Source of the DNA: Calditrichia bacterium
GTDB taxonomy: Bacteria; Calditrichota; Calditrichia; JAJRVZ01
DNA length: 64,000 nt
NCBI GenBank assembly: GCA_963777955.1
Contig: CAVZSQ010000022.1
Location: 160,001 to 224,000 of the forward strand
Direction: 5' to 3'
Both the position numbers and the translations under genes were made by a program. Below are positions 53,573 to 64,000 of this stretch, one piece after another. The notes under the pieces were generated by a model. The model had not been told where the DNA came from. It saw only the letters and a program-made list of their open reading frames with translations, and ran no database searches. How positions within the stretch are numbered: position 1 is the stretch's first letter; each line of letters starts with the position of its first letter.

Positions 53573-54296
53573 ATGCCGAACCATATTAAGAGTGTCACCC
53601 TGCAGCCGGAAAAATACCCGACTCGTGAGCACTATCCATTCACTTTGCCTGTGTTCCAGCAAACCCGGCAGCTGGTATTCGATACACCGGTGACGTTGTT
53701 CGTCGGCGAGAATGGCACGGGAAAATCCACTTTGCTGGAAGCCATGGCCCGGGCCTGCGGTATACATATCTGGTGCAGTCCGGCCAGCAGTCGTTATCAG
53801 GTCAATCATTTTGAAGATCAACTCCATCAATACCTTTCAGTCGAATGGACCAATGGCCACGTGCCCGGATCCTTTTTCGGTTCGGCGATATTCAAAGATT
53901 TCGCCAACTTCCTGGATAGCTGGGCAGCAACCGATCCCGGACTGTTGAAATACTTCGGGGGTGAATCCCTGGTCAGCAAGTCCCATGGCCAATCGCTGAT
54001 GTCTTTTTTCCGCAGCCGCTATAAGATTGAAGGAATTATATCTGCTTGATGAACCGGAAACAGCCCTTTCTCCGCGGAGTCAACTTGAATTACTTGAGAT
54101 TCTGGGGGAAAACAGCAAGGCCGGACATGCCCAGTTCATTATGGCCACGCATTCTCCTATTTTGCTGGCCTGCCCGGAAGCCAGAATTTATAGTTTTGAT
54201 AATATACCGGTTCGAAAAATAACCTATGAAGAAACCGAACATTACCGGATTTATAAAGATTTTCTGCTCGACCGGGAAAAATATCTGGAAGGATAG
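53573..54296 (+). CDS. Stand-alone ABC/AAA ATPase; frameshift at ~54035
   Basis: GENGTGKS, SHGQ, LLDEPETALSP, ATHSPIL. Confidence 0.9.
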
Positions 54297-54302
54297 TAAG
54301 CA

Positions 54303-55244
54303 ATGACCCGCAGAGATGCAGTGCTTAATCTGATCAGTAGTAAAAAATCGTCCAACTATATTCCGGCGGCTTTTTTTATGCATTTTGAGTCCGCTTGTCA
54401 TCAGGGTCAGGCCGCTATCGATAAACATCTGGAATTTTTCCGTTATACCGGCATGGATTTTGTCAAGATCCAGTACGAACAGACTCTGCCACCTGCAAAT
54501 CAAATCCGTAAAGCAGAGGACTGGAAAGATGCACCGCTCTTTCCCATAGAATTTTTTGCTGCGCCTGTCGAAGTAGCCCAGGGACTGGTTAAAGCAGCCG
54601 GGAAAGAAGCCCTGGTGATCATGACCCTCTATTCACCCTTTATGTGGGCCAGGCACCTGGCCGGCGACAGAAATCTGGCCGATCATCTGCGGGAAAATCC
54701 TGGGATGGTCAGCAAGGGACTGGAGATCATGACCGAAAATGTACTCTCCCTGGTTCGTGGTTGTAAGCAGGCAGGAGTGGATGGTTTTTATGCTTCCTCC
54801 CAGGGGGGTGAAGCCTTTCGTTTTGCAGGTACAGATATCTTCAGCCAATATATCAAACCCACCGATCTGGCTGTGTGGGAGGAAATACATTCCTGTCCGT
54901 TCAACATCCTGCATATCTGCGATTATCATGGTACCTATGATGACCTCAAACCTTTCCTGGATTATCCCGGCCAGGTGGTCAACTGCAACCTGAAACTGAG
55001 TCAGCGAAGTTTATCAACCTCTGAGATTTCAAAATTATTTGATAGACCTTATATGGGCGGTCTGGACCGGAATGGGGTGATTTCCACCGGAAATGCTGTT
55101 GAAATCCGCAGGACTGTGGAGGATATACTTGAAAGCGCTCCTGAAAAATTCATCCTGGCGGCTGATTGTACAGTGCCCGCTGAAACACCCTGGGAAAACT
55201 TGAAAACCGCCATAGATACGGCTCACACTTATCGTAAAACTTAA
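54303..55244 (+). CDS. Uroporphyrinogen decarboxylase-like (URO-D/methyltransferase) family protein
   Basis: DFVKIQ, TLYSPF, ILHIC, MGGLD, ILAADCTVP. Confidence 0.8.
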   Translation: MTRRDAVLNLISSKKSSNYIPAAFFMHFESACHQGQAAIDKHLEFFRYTGMDFVKIQYEQTLPPANQIRKAEDWKDAPLFPIEFFAAPVEVAQGLVKAAGKEALVIMTLYSPFMWARHLAGDRNLADHLRENPGMVSKGLEIMTENVLSLVRGCKQAGVDGFYASSQGGEAFRFAGTDIFSQYIKPTDLAVWEEIHSCPFNILHICDYHGTYDDLKPFLDYPGQVVNCNLKLSQRSLSTSEISKLFDRPYMGGLDRNGVISTGNAVEIRRTVEDILESAPEKFILAADCTVPAETPWENLKTAIDTAHTYRKT

Positions 55245-55348
55245 ATAATCAGAGGTTCGTATTATAAATTTAAAAGTATCTAAACGTGTAAATAAACACT
55301 TCGGACAGATCAGCAAGACATAGCATGAATGAAGAAAGGATATATAAC

Positions 55349-56903
55349 ATGAAATTCAGGTTGCAATTATTTTGGTTGATAATTCTGATATGGTGTATAA
55401 ATATTTCCGCACTTCCTGGCGCTGATAAGGAGATCAAACCGGTTACGCCCAAGGCTTCGACCGGAAGCTAAGGCGCTGCTGAAATTTTTATATGACATTT
55501 CCGGAAAGTACACCTTAACCGGCCAGCATAATTATCCCAACACCCGGGACCGTAATTCGCAGTTCGCCGCTCAATATATCGGTGAAACGCCGGTGATCTG
55601 GAGTACCGATATGGGATTCGCCAAACCCGGCGATACCGATTCTTATCTGGCCCGGCCGGATATCGTTGCTGAAGCGATACGGCAGCATCAACTGGGTTCC
55701 CTGATTACCATCTGCTGGCATGCGGTACCGCCTACTGCTGATGAACCGATAACCTTTCGTCCCCAATCTGAAAAGGTTGCACCTGAATCTCTGGCCACGG
55801 TACAGGGTCAGTTACTTGACCAGCAATTCCAGGATGTGCTGACTCCGGGTACAGCCCTGTATAAACACTGGTGTGCTCAGGTAGATACTATTGCAGTGTA
55901 CCTGAAGAAACTGCAGCAGGCCAAGGTACCCGTACTCTGGCGGCCTTATCATGAGATGAACGGCGGTTGGTTCTGGTGGGGGGGACGGCATGGCAAGCAT
56001 GGTACCGCTGCACTCTACCGCCAGATATTTGACCGGCTGGTAAAGCATCATAAAATCAACAACCTGATCTGGGTCTGGAGCGTGGACCGGCCCAACAAAG
56101 CGGAGATGAATTTTTCATACTTTTATCCCGGAAACGAATATCTGGATGTCCTGGCCCTGGATGTGTATGGCCGGGATTTTAATCAGGCTTATTATGACAG
56201 CCTGGTGATCCTGTCAAAAGGAAAACCGCTGGTGCTGGGTGAAGTAGGCAATCCGCCGGCAGCGGAGATCCTGGCCAATCAACCGAAGTGGGGTTTCTAT
56301 GTTGTCTGGGCCAGCATGGTTCGCAATACCCTGCATAAGGAATATGAAATACTGACCAACAGTCCGCGCGTTGTTTTCAAGGAGGATCCCGGATACTGGG
56401 AGAATATTGCTCCATATCGCATTGCCTGTAACTTGCCGCCGATGGAGAGCCTGAAACCTGAGGGACGTAAGGTTGATTTTTCGGGAAGCTGGGCTATAAA
56501 TGAGGATAAAAGTGTTTTGGACAATTGGGGAACAGGCAATCTGCCCGGAGCCTTGAAAATTACTCAGCAGGACAATAAACTGATCATTCGAAAAACTTTT
56601 ACAGTGGAATATGCTGAGGACAGAGTCGAAGATGAAGAATTAACTCTGGATGGGCAGGAGAATAAATCGGAGATGTGGAATGCCCCATTAATTAAAACGG
56701 CCAGATTGTCAGCACTGCAGGATACCTTATTCATTGCCTCGAAAGCCACGTTCAACCGGGGCGGACGGACGATGGAAATGACCAGCAACGAAAACTGGTA
56801 CTTGCAGGAGCGGGGAAAAGTGCTGATGATCAAACAATCTTCGTCATCGTTCTGGGGCAAGCGAAATATTACGATAGTTTATGATAAACAAAGGTGTGAT
56901 TAA
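55349..56903 (+). CDS. Secreted GH26 beta-mannanase-like glycoside hydrolase; frameshift at ~55460
   Basis: Signal peptide from ATG 55349; WRPYHEMNGGWFWWG (acid/base), YPG, LDVY, LGEVG (nucleophile). Confidence 0.9.
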
Positions 56904-56964
56904 TAAATACGATGGATTGAATCAATAATCGGGAATTCTATGATAATCATTAAATGAGGTGTTT

Positions 56965-57465
56965 ATGTACAGGAAAATTGCAGACTTTGTTGCCGATTGG
57001 AAAGTGGAAGAAGCGGCTACTTTGAAGGTATTTTCCAAAATAAGCGATGAAAAAATGTCTGTTAAAGTTGCGGACAAGATCAGGACTCTGGGCCAGATGG
57101 CCTGGCATATAACGCAAACCCTGACGGAGATGCCGTCTAAAGCCGGGATAGTCAAGGAAGATTCCCTGGAGCATGAATCCCTGCCGGCAACTTTTAACGA
57201 TATCACCGGCAAATATAAAAAGTACAGCAAGAAATTAGTCGAATCACTGAAGAAGAACTGGAAGGACCCCGATTTACCCAAGGTAATTGAACTTTATGGT
57301 GAAAAATGGGAAAAGGGTAAGGTACTGTCGGTGTTGATCAATCACCAGATTCACCATCGAGCCCAGATGATTGCAGTAATGCGATGCAAAATATAGAAGG
57401 TGCCGGGAATCTACGGACCGGCCAGGGAAGACTGGGCCAAATTCGGCATGCCCGCACCGGAATAA
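56965..57465 (+). CDS. DinB-family protein with an in-frame TAG at 57394
   Basis: RTLGQMAWHI, HQIHHRAQ; the same frame continues KVPGIYGPAREDW after the TAG. Confidence 0.8.
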
Positions 57466-57559
57466 AATAAGTATAGGATTTACCCGTCTTTTATATTATT
57501 TTTTATACAGTATTATTTTTTTCGTTCTGATCAAGACGTAATAAATTTTAGCGAAATCA

Positions 57560-60527
57560 ATGCCTGAGATGCTCGGAAAAACAATTTCCCATTATCATAT
57601 CCTCGAGAAACTTGGCGCAGGGGGCATGGGTATTGTCTATAAAGCAGAGGATACCCGGCTCAAGCGAGTGGTTGGTATTAAATTCCTGCCGTCAGAGTTA
57701 ACCCGCGATGAAATAGCTAAAGAACGATTTATTCAGGAAGCACAGGCGGCATCCGCCATCGATCATACCAACATCTGCACCATCCATGAAATCAACGAAA
57801 CCGAAGATGGTCAGACCTTTATTGTCATGGCCTGTTACAGCGGCAAAACGCTGAAGGAGAAAATTGAGCATGATCATATAACGCTGGATGAAGCAATAGA
57901 TATTGCCATCCAGGTTGCCCAGGGTTTAGCCAGAGCGCATCAACAGGGTATCATTCATCGTGACATCAAACCGGCAAATATATTTGTGACTGATGATGGA
58001 GTGGTAAAAATATCTGGATTTTGGCCTGGCTAAACTTGCCGGTAAGACCAGGCTGACCAGGACGGGTAGTACGCCCGGAACAGTGGTTTATATGTCGCCG
58101 GAACAGGCCTCGGGTGAGCCCGTTGATCAGCGCAGCGATATCTGGTCCTTGGGAGTTGTCCTGTATGAAATGATCACCGGTACTCTCCCCTTCAGAGGTG
58201 AACATGAACAGGCAGTGATCTATTCCATTTTAAATAAGGACCCTGTTTTCCCCCAAGAAATTAAAAGTACTATTCCAATGGATTTAGAAAAAATCATTGA
58301 TAAGGCATTACAAAAAGAAGTTCCAAAGCGATATCAACGCATCGACCAGCTGGGAAATGATCTAAAAAATGTAACACAAAACCAGGAAAATCATGTTTCC
58401 CAGAAGAAAGCATCTTTATTTCCCGTACGAAAAATAAAAAAACATTCCGTACTTATTAGCATCTTACTGCTGCTTCTTATTTCCTTCTTTATCTTTAAGC
58501 CATTAGTTTTAAAAAAGAAACAGATTGAAACACCGGTATCTGTTGCCGTCATTTCTTTTGAAAATCAAACCGGAAACAATGCCTACGACTACCTGCAGGA
58601 CGCTATACCGAATCTGTTGATCACCGATCTGGAACAGTCACCTTCTCTGCAGGTAACGAGTTGGGAACGGCTTTATGATCTGCTGAAACAGGCCGGTAAA
58701 AAAGATAAAAATGTTATCGATAAGGATACCGGTTTTGAATTATGTTCTATTGATGGAATAAACGTTATCATAGTGGGAAGTTTTATCAAAGCCGGAGATA
58801 CCTTTGTAACGGATGTCAAAGTTTTGGATGTAAAATCCAAAAATCTTCTAAAAAGCCTTCGTTCTCAGGGAACCGGTGTTGAGAGTATTCTGAAACATCA
58901 GATTGACGAGTTAAGCCACGAAATATCAGGCGGAGTTATACTTCCTGAAAAACAGGTTGAACAGGATTATGCGAAAATAACGGATGTGACTACCTCTTCT
59001 CTGGATGCCTATCATTATTTTATACGCGGCAGGGATGAATCTTTTCGAGCGACCGGTCAGGAAGAGAAATATTTTAAAAAAGCCATCGCGCTGGACAGCA
59101 CATTTTCCATGGCTTATCTGTGGCTGGGACGGACCTATGCGGCCAATGCTGATGAGAAGAACAGATTGTTCATGAAGGCCAGGCAGTTCTCGCGTCGGGC
59201 CACTAAAAAAGAACAACTTTATATTGACGCTGAATTGGAAACGAATGATGAAAAAAGGGTGCAATTATACCGGCAGATCATAAACCAATACCCCAAGGAA
59301 AAGTATGCGCACTATTTATTAAGCGAGTATTATGCATTCCATGAGAATTTCAATGCTGCCATTGATGAAAGTTTGCGAGCCCTGGCGTTTGGACCCCTTT
59401 TTCCCGCCGGCCACTAAAACATTATGTTACCTTTATGCCGAAACCGGGGATCAGCAAAATGCGGATGAATATTTACAAGCGATTTTCAGCCATTTGTCCT
59501 GGTGACGTCTGGCCTATGACAACTGTGGCCAACATCTATTATATGGACGGTAAGTTGGATCAGGCGATTGATAAATATAAAGAAGCCCTTGAGATCAATC
59601 CGAATTATGGTTCGGAATATGATATCGCGTTTTGTTTCGCACTCAAGTTGGATTTTGACCAGTCCAAAGAATGGATAAACAAGTATATCGAACATGAATC
59701 TTCAGAATACATGAGACCCGGAGGACGCGCTTACCGCGGATATTTACATGTGTTTACCGGACAGTATCGGGACGCGCTTATTGATTACAGTTTTGCCCAT
59801 GACAAGTTTAAAGAATATCACAATGCAATTTTTATGTCACTGATCGATGTGGGGATAGGTATTGTATTCGGTGAAAAAAAAGATTACATCAACAGCAGAT
59901 ACTATTTGAAAAATTATCAAAGGATTTTAGCAGCGGAAAATATCCCGTCATCGGCAACTTTTGCCAATTTTACCTGTGAGCCATTATTGGGATTGCTCGA
60001 TATCAGAGCAGGGGCAGATCGATTCCGCCCTGGTGAGATTACGGAACAAAGATAAAATATTGGCCGATACGCATCTCACCATCAAAGAAGTAGTCAATCT
60101 GCAGTATCAGCTGTTGAATGCAGAAATATTGCTGGCACAGGATTCAACAGATGCCGCCATTATTATCGGTGAGAGCATAAAAGAGTTAGCGCCGCCCCGT
60201 TATTATTTCAATCCCGATAGGTTGACATTTTACAATCTGCCATTGGACAAAGATATTTTAGCCCGCGCTTATATAAAAAAAGGAAACATCAATAAAGCCA
60301 TTGCCGAGTATGAACGGCTGATTCATTTTAATCCGGACAGCAAAGATCGCCGCTTACCGTATCCGAAGTATCATTACTATGTAGCCAGGCTGTATCAGCA
60401 ACAGGGTCAGAAAAACCGGGCTATAGAACATTTAAAGAGATTTCTTGAAATCTGGAAAAATGCCGATGAAGATATACCGGAATTAATCGATGCACAGAAA
60501 AGATATACAGAATTGATTGACAATTAA
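57560..60527 (+). CDS. Hanks-type Ser/Thr kinase with TM helix and TPR-rich C-terminal region; frameshifts at ~58012, ~59388, ~59475, ~60010
   Basis: LGAGGMG, HRDIKPAN, DFG (after shift), YMSPEQ, SDIWSLG; TM; VAVISFEN; TPR repeats. Confidence 0.9.
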
Positions 60528-60605
60528 ATGTAAATAATTGGAGAATTCAGGAGTGCACCGTATATACTTGCCAGTATTTAAGGCAATACTGGGGAATTGA
60601 ATCCC

Positions 60606-62130
60606 ATGAGTGAAAATTTGGTTGACAAATTAAATTCTTTGATCGACTGGCTTCCGTCTTAGGACAGCAAAGCGATTTTCAGGAAGTTCTGCGGCTGGTA
60701 ACCCGGAAAGCTAGTACTATCGTGAAATCCGACATCGCTTTAATCATGATGCTGAATCCGCAAACCCGCCAGACGGTCAAAACAATATGTGCCAGTGGTA
60801 ATGAACCCAGTGAACGAAAATATCATTTGGTGCACACCAATATCAGCGGATGGGTACTGGAAAACAACAATTCTTTCCTTACTGCCGATCTTAAAAGCGA
60901 TCAACGCTTCCGCAAAAATCTTTTCAAGGATCTGGCAATTAAATCTGCCCTGTGTATTCCTTTACGCATTGAAGGGACTATCATCGGAACATTATTGCTG
61001 TTAAACAAAACCCGGGATGATGCTTTTACGCAGGAAGATCTGTCTATTTTAGAAAAATTAGCTGCTGTATCATCCCCCTTTCTGCGTGATATACAGAAAA
61101 TCCAGCAATTTTTTACTGCTGCTTTGCCAAAACAGGCATTGTTAAAAAAATATGAAGGATTTGGACTGCTGGGGACGAGTAAAAAGTTTATCGAATTGTT
61201 ACAGGCTATTGAGTCGGCTGCGCGCAGCCAGGTCAGGATTTTGCTGGAAGGGGAAAGCGGTACGGGTAAAGAACTTATTGCCAGATCGATCCACCAGCTC
61301 AGTGCCCGCAGCCTGAATAAATTCCTGGCTATTGATTGCGGGGCTATTCCGGCGAATTTGATTGAAAGTGAATTATTCGGACATGTGCAGGGCGCTTTTA
61401 CGGGCGCAAGCAAAGATCGTCAGGGATTATTTGCAGAGGCACATGGCGGTACATTGTTTATGGATGAGATCACTAATCTACCTTTGGAACTACAGTCTAA
61501 ACTACTGCGCGTACTGCAGGAAGGTGAAATTCGTCCCCTGGGCAGTAACCAGCAGCGCAAGGTGGATGTACGCATTATTACAGCTTCCAGTATTGCTTTA
61601 CGCCAACTGGTGGATCAGCAAAAATTCCGGGAAGACCTGTTTTACCGCTTGAATGTTTATCCGATTGCTGTGCCTTCGCTAGGCGAACGGCGGGAAGATA
61701 TACCTTTATTGGCGAATCACTTCCTGAAAAGTTTTCTCAGGAGCAGAATAAACTGCTTGATTCCTTCCAGGGGGAATTTCTGGATTTTCTCAAACAGCGC
61801 AACTGGCCGGGAAACATCCGCGAGTTAGCCAATTTTATTGAGCGCCTGATTACACTGGCACCTGCTGATTTGAAAATTCTGGAGATGAATATTTTACCTG
61901 CAGAATTTCAAAAAGAACGGCAAAAACTGAAAAGAGTTCATGAAACTGAAGTAGTAAATCGATCATTAACTGAAAATCTGGCTGACTATGAAGAAAAATT
62001 AATACGACAGGCGCTGCTAGAGCATAATTGGAATCAATCAAAAGCGGCCCGGGTTCTGAATATTTCTGAACAAACCATCCGCTACAAGATGAAGAAATTA
62101 GGGATTATCACACCAGATCGAGTGAATTAG
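60606..62130 (+). CDS. GAF-domain sigma54-dependent activator with Fis-type HTH; frameshifts at ~60646 and ~61729
   Basis: GESGTGKE, ESELFGH, GAFTGA, FREDLFYRL, WPGNIREL, WNQSKAARVL. Confidence 0.9.
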
Positions 62131-62202
62131 ATGATTCTTTGTTGAAAGAGTAGGAGTCAATTTCTTCTCATCTTGCCTTAAAAATAATAAAAGGCGAATC
62201 TT

Positions 62203-63177
62203 ATGAAAAATATAATATCCTTGATATTAGTGCTGGCCACTTCGATCATTGTACTGGCAAAAGAGAAACAGAAAATTATCTTCGATTGTGATTTCGCAGG
62301 AGATATTGACGATGCCTTTGCTGTTGCACTTATTTTAAGCAGCCCTGAGTTTGAAATTCTTGGATTAATCATGGACCATGGCAATACACCATTACGTGCC
62401 CGCACAGCCTGTAAATTTCTCTATGAAGTTGGCAGAGATGATATTCCTGTAATTGTCGGTAAACCGACTCCAGCCATAGTCGGTATTGATAAGGAAATTG
62501 CCGGTCATTCGTACCAATTTTATTGGTCAGAAGGTTTTAATAAATTGGAATCCAGCAAGGTTAATGCGGCAGATTTTATCATCGAAAATTTAAAAAAGTA
62601 TCCAAATGAAGTCATTCTGTTTTCAGTCGGACCCGTATGTAATATCAAAGAAGTATTGCAAAAAGATAAAAGTGCACTCAAACTTGCCAGGAAAGTTGTA
62701 TCCATGTTTGGTTCATTTTATATGGGTTATAATGCAGGTCCGGTTCCTGATGCCGAATGGAATGTCCGTGCTGATGTGGAGGCATCAAAAATGCTTGTGT
62801 CGGCAGGGGCAGATATTCTTTATGTCGGCCTGGATGTATCCACGTTTGTAAAATTAGATGAAATGAACCTCAACAGACTGCTGTTCCGTCAATCCCCCCT
62901 GACAAATTCAATGTGTGGACTTTATTCGCTTTGGAGATACGAAAGCTATTCCCAGCCCGAAGCGAATCTTTTTGACGTGGTTGCGGTCGGTGCGGTTCTC
63001 TGGCCTGAATTATTTTCCGGCAAGAAAACGAATGTCCGTGTGAATGAAAAGGGGTATACTCTTGTCGATGACCTAATTGAACCCAATGGAGAAATACTGC
63101 TTACTATCAACAAGGATGAATTTATTAAGAGAATAATGGAACGATACCTGACCCAAAATTTACATAAATCTCACTAA
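62203..63177 (+). CDS. Secreted nucleoside hydrolase family protein
   Basis: Signal peptide; DCDFAGDIDDA, GPVCN, AEWN, GLDV. Confidence 0.85.
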   Translation: MKNIISLILVLATSIIVLAKEKQKIIFDCDFAGDIDDAFAVALILSSPEFEILGLIMDHGNTPLRARTACKFLYEVGRDDIPVIVGKPTPAIVGIDKEIAGHSYQFYWSEGFNKLESSKVNAADFIIENLKKYPNEVILFSVGPVCNIKEVLQKDKSALKLARKVVSMFGSFYMGYNAGPVPDAEWNVRADVEASKMLVSAGADILYVGLDVSTFVKLDEMNLNRLLFRQSPLTNSMCGLYSLWRYESYSQPEANLFDVVAVGAVLWPELFSGKKTNVRVNEKGYTLVDDLIEPNGEILLTINKDEFIKRIMERYLTQNLHKSH

Positions 63178-63347
63178 ATAGCCTCTCATAATTAGCGAAT
63201 ATAATCCCAGCAATAATAAGTAGTTAACTACTCGCTAAAATTAACGAATATATTTGGCTCATTTTCATTTTTCTGCTATTATCTACACATATAGTTAATG
63301 TCTTATTTTTAATCGACTTAAAACTTTGGTAAATCCTCCAGAATTTG

Positions 63348-63363
63348 TGGCACGCAAATTGAG
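63348..63363 (+). promoter_or_regulatory. Candidate sigma54 -24/-12 promoter
   Basis: TGGCACG-CAAA-TTGA vs consensus TGGCACG-N4-TTGC; 80 nt upstream of ATG 63443. Confidence 0.55.
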
Positions 63364-63442
63364 TAAATACTGTAATTATCAAAGGTATAATTTCTATAAT
63401 AAAAGATATACTCAAAAATTTGACTAATGGGAGGTATTTACA

Positions 63443-64000
63443 ATGAAAAAGTTGATTACTATGACCTGTTTTTATTTCTCCATTCATCTTTTCTTAATTC
63501 TATTAAACTTGGAAATCGTTCAGGCCCAAACTGAAATTCCGGCCGGAAATGTCAGCGGAGCCTGGATCCTGGCTAACTCTCCTTATAATATCAACGGCGA
63601 GATCACCATTCCCGATGGTGAAACGCTGACTATTGAGCCGGGCGTGGATGTCATATTTACCGGCCATCACAAATTAAATGTTCAGGGCAGGTTACTGGCC
63701 ATTGGTACTATCAATGATTCAATCACCTTCACAGCTCAAAATCCCGATACCGGTTGGCATGGAATAAAATTGATAAATATTTCTACTTCGAATGACAGTA
63801 CGATTTTTGAATATTGTACATTTCAATATGGCAAAGCAAATTCCGGCGAGGGAATGGAAAATAGAGCCGGAGGAGCAATCTATGCTATGGTAAATAAGCT
63901 TAGAATCTCACATTGTCTGTTCCAGAATAATCTGGCTTATCATCAGGATGAAAATCAGACAGGTGGCGGCGCAATTGCCCTGGGAGGAGCCTCTATAATT
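63443..64000 (+). CDS. Secreted beta-helix-type protein, truncated by the window end
   Basis: GGAGGT SD; signal peptide; VSGAW...SPY.I.G.ITIP.G.TLTIEPGV, GWHGI, GGAI repeats; open to window end. Confidence 0.8.
   Translation, partial: MKKLITMTCFYFSIHLFLILLNLEIVQAQTEIPAGNVSGAWILANSPYNINGEITIPDGETLTIEPGVDVIFTGHHKLNVQGRLLAIGTINDSITFTAQNPDTGWHGIKLINISTSNDSTIFEYCTFQYGKANSGEGMENRAGGAIYAMVNKLRISHCLFQNNLAYHQDENQTGGGAIALGGASII

Overview
Bacterial chromosomal window with no rRNA, tRNA, CRISPR array or transposase recognised. At least four secreted proteins end in the 'QNYPNPFN...SGVYxY...KMxLx[RK]' C-terminal sorting domain, which suggests an FCB-group lineage such as Calditrichota/KSB1 (inference). 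About 22 single-base frameshifts break otherwise intact genes, many of them in homopolymers, so this is probably an unpolished long-read assembly. Main blocks: (1) galE and small hypotheticals. (2) A minus-strand envelope operon (4250-7796): a helical lipoprotein ending in Lys, a DpaA/YafK-like YkuD enzyme carrying a copy of the lipoprotein's helical domain, a canonical L,D-transpeptidase and an apparently inactive YkuD-like protein. (3) A ~20 kb plus-strand cluster (8213-28472) with four Gfo/Idh/MocA oxidoreductases (three Tat-exported), three DUF1080 proteins, a TIM-barrel isomerase/lyase, an MFS permease, a 7-heme cytochrome c, a cytochrome b-like protein, a GT-C glycosyltransferase and ApbE. 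(4) A GxxExxY gene bracketed by 55-bp direct repeats that fold into long imperfect hairpins, with a gene-less relative ~3 kb away. (5) Assorted metabolic and secreted genes (CotH, AraC/sugar catabolism, radical SAM, DUF4954-nagB, GH26). (6) A Ser/Thr kinase-TPR gene and a GAF-sigma54 activator, followed by a candidate sigma54 promoter for a secreted beta-helix protein. The strongest candidates for an undescribed system are the Lpp-like tether operon and the glycoside-oxidation plus multiheme cytochrome cluster.
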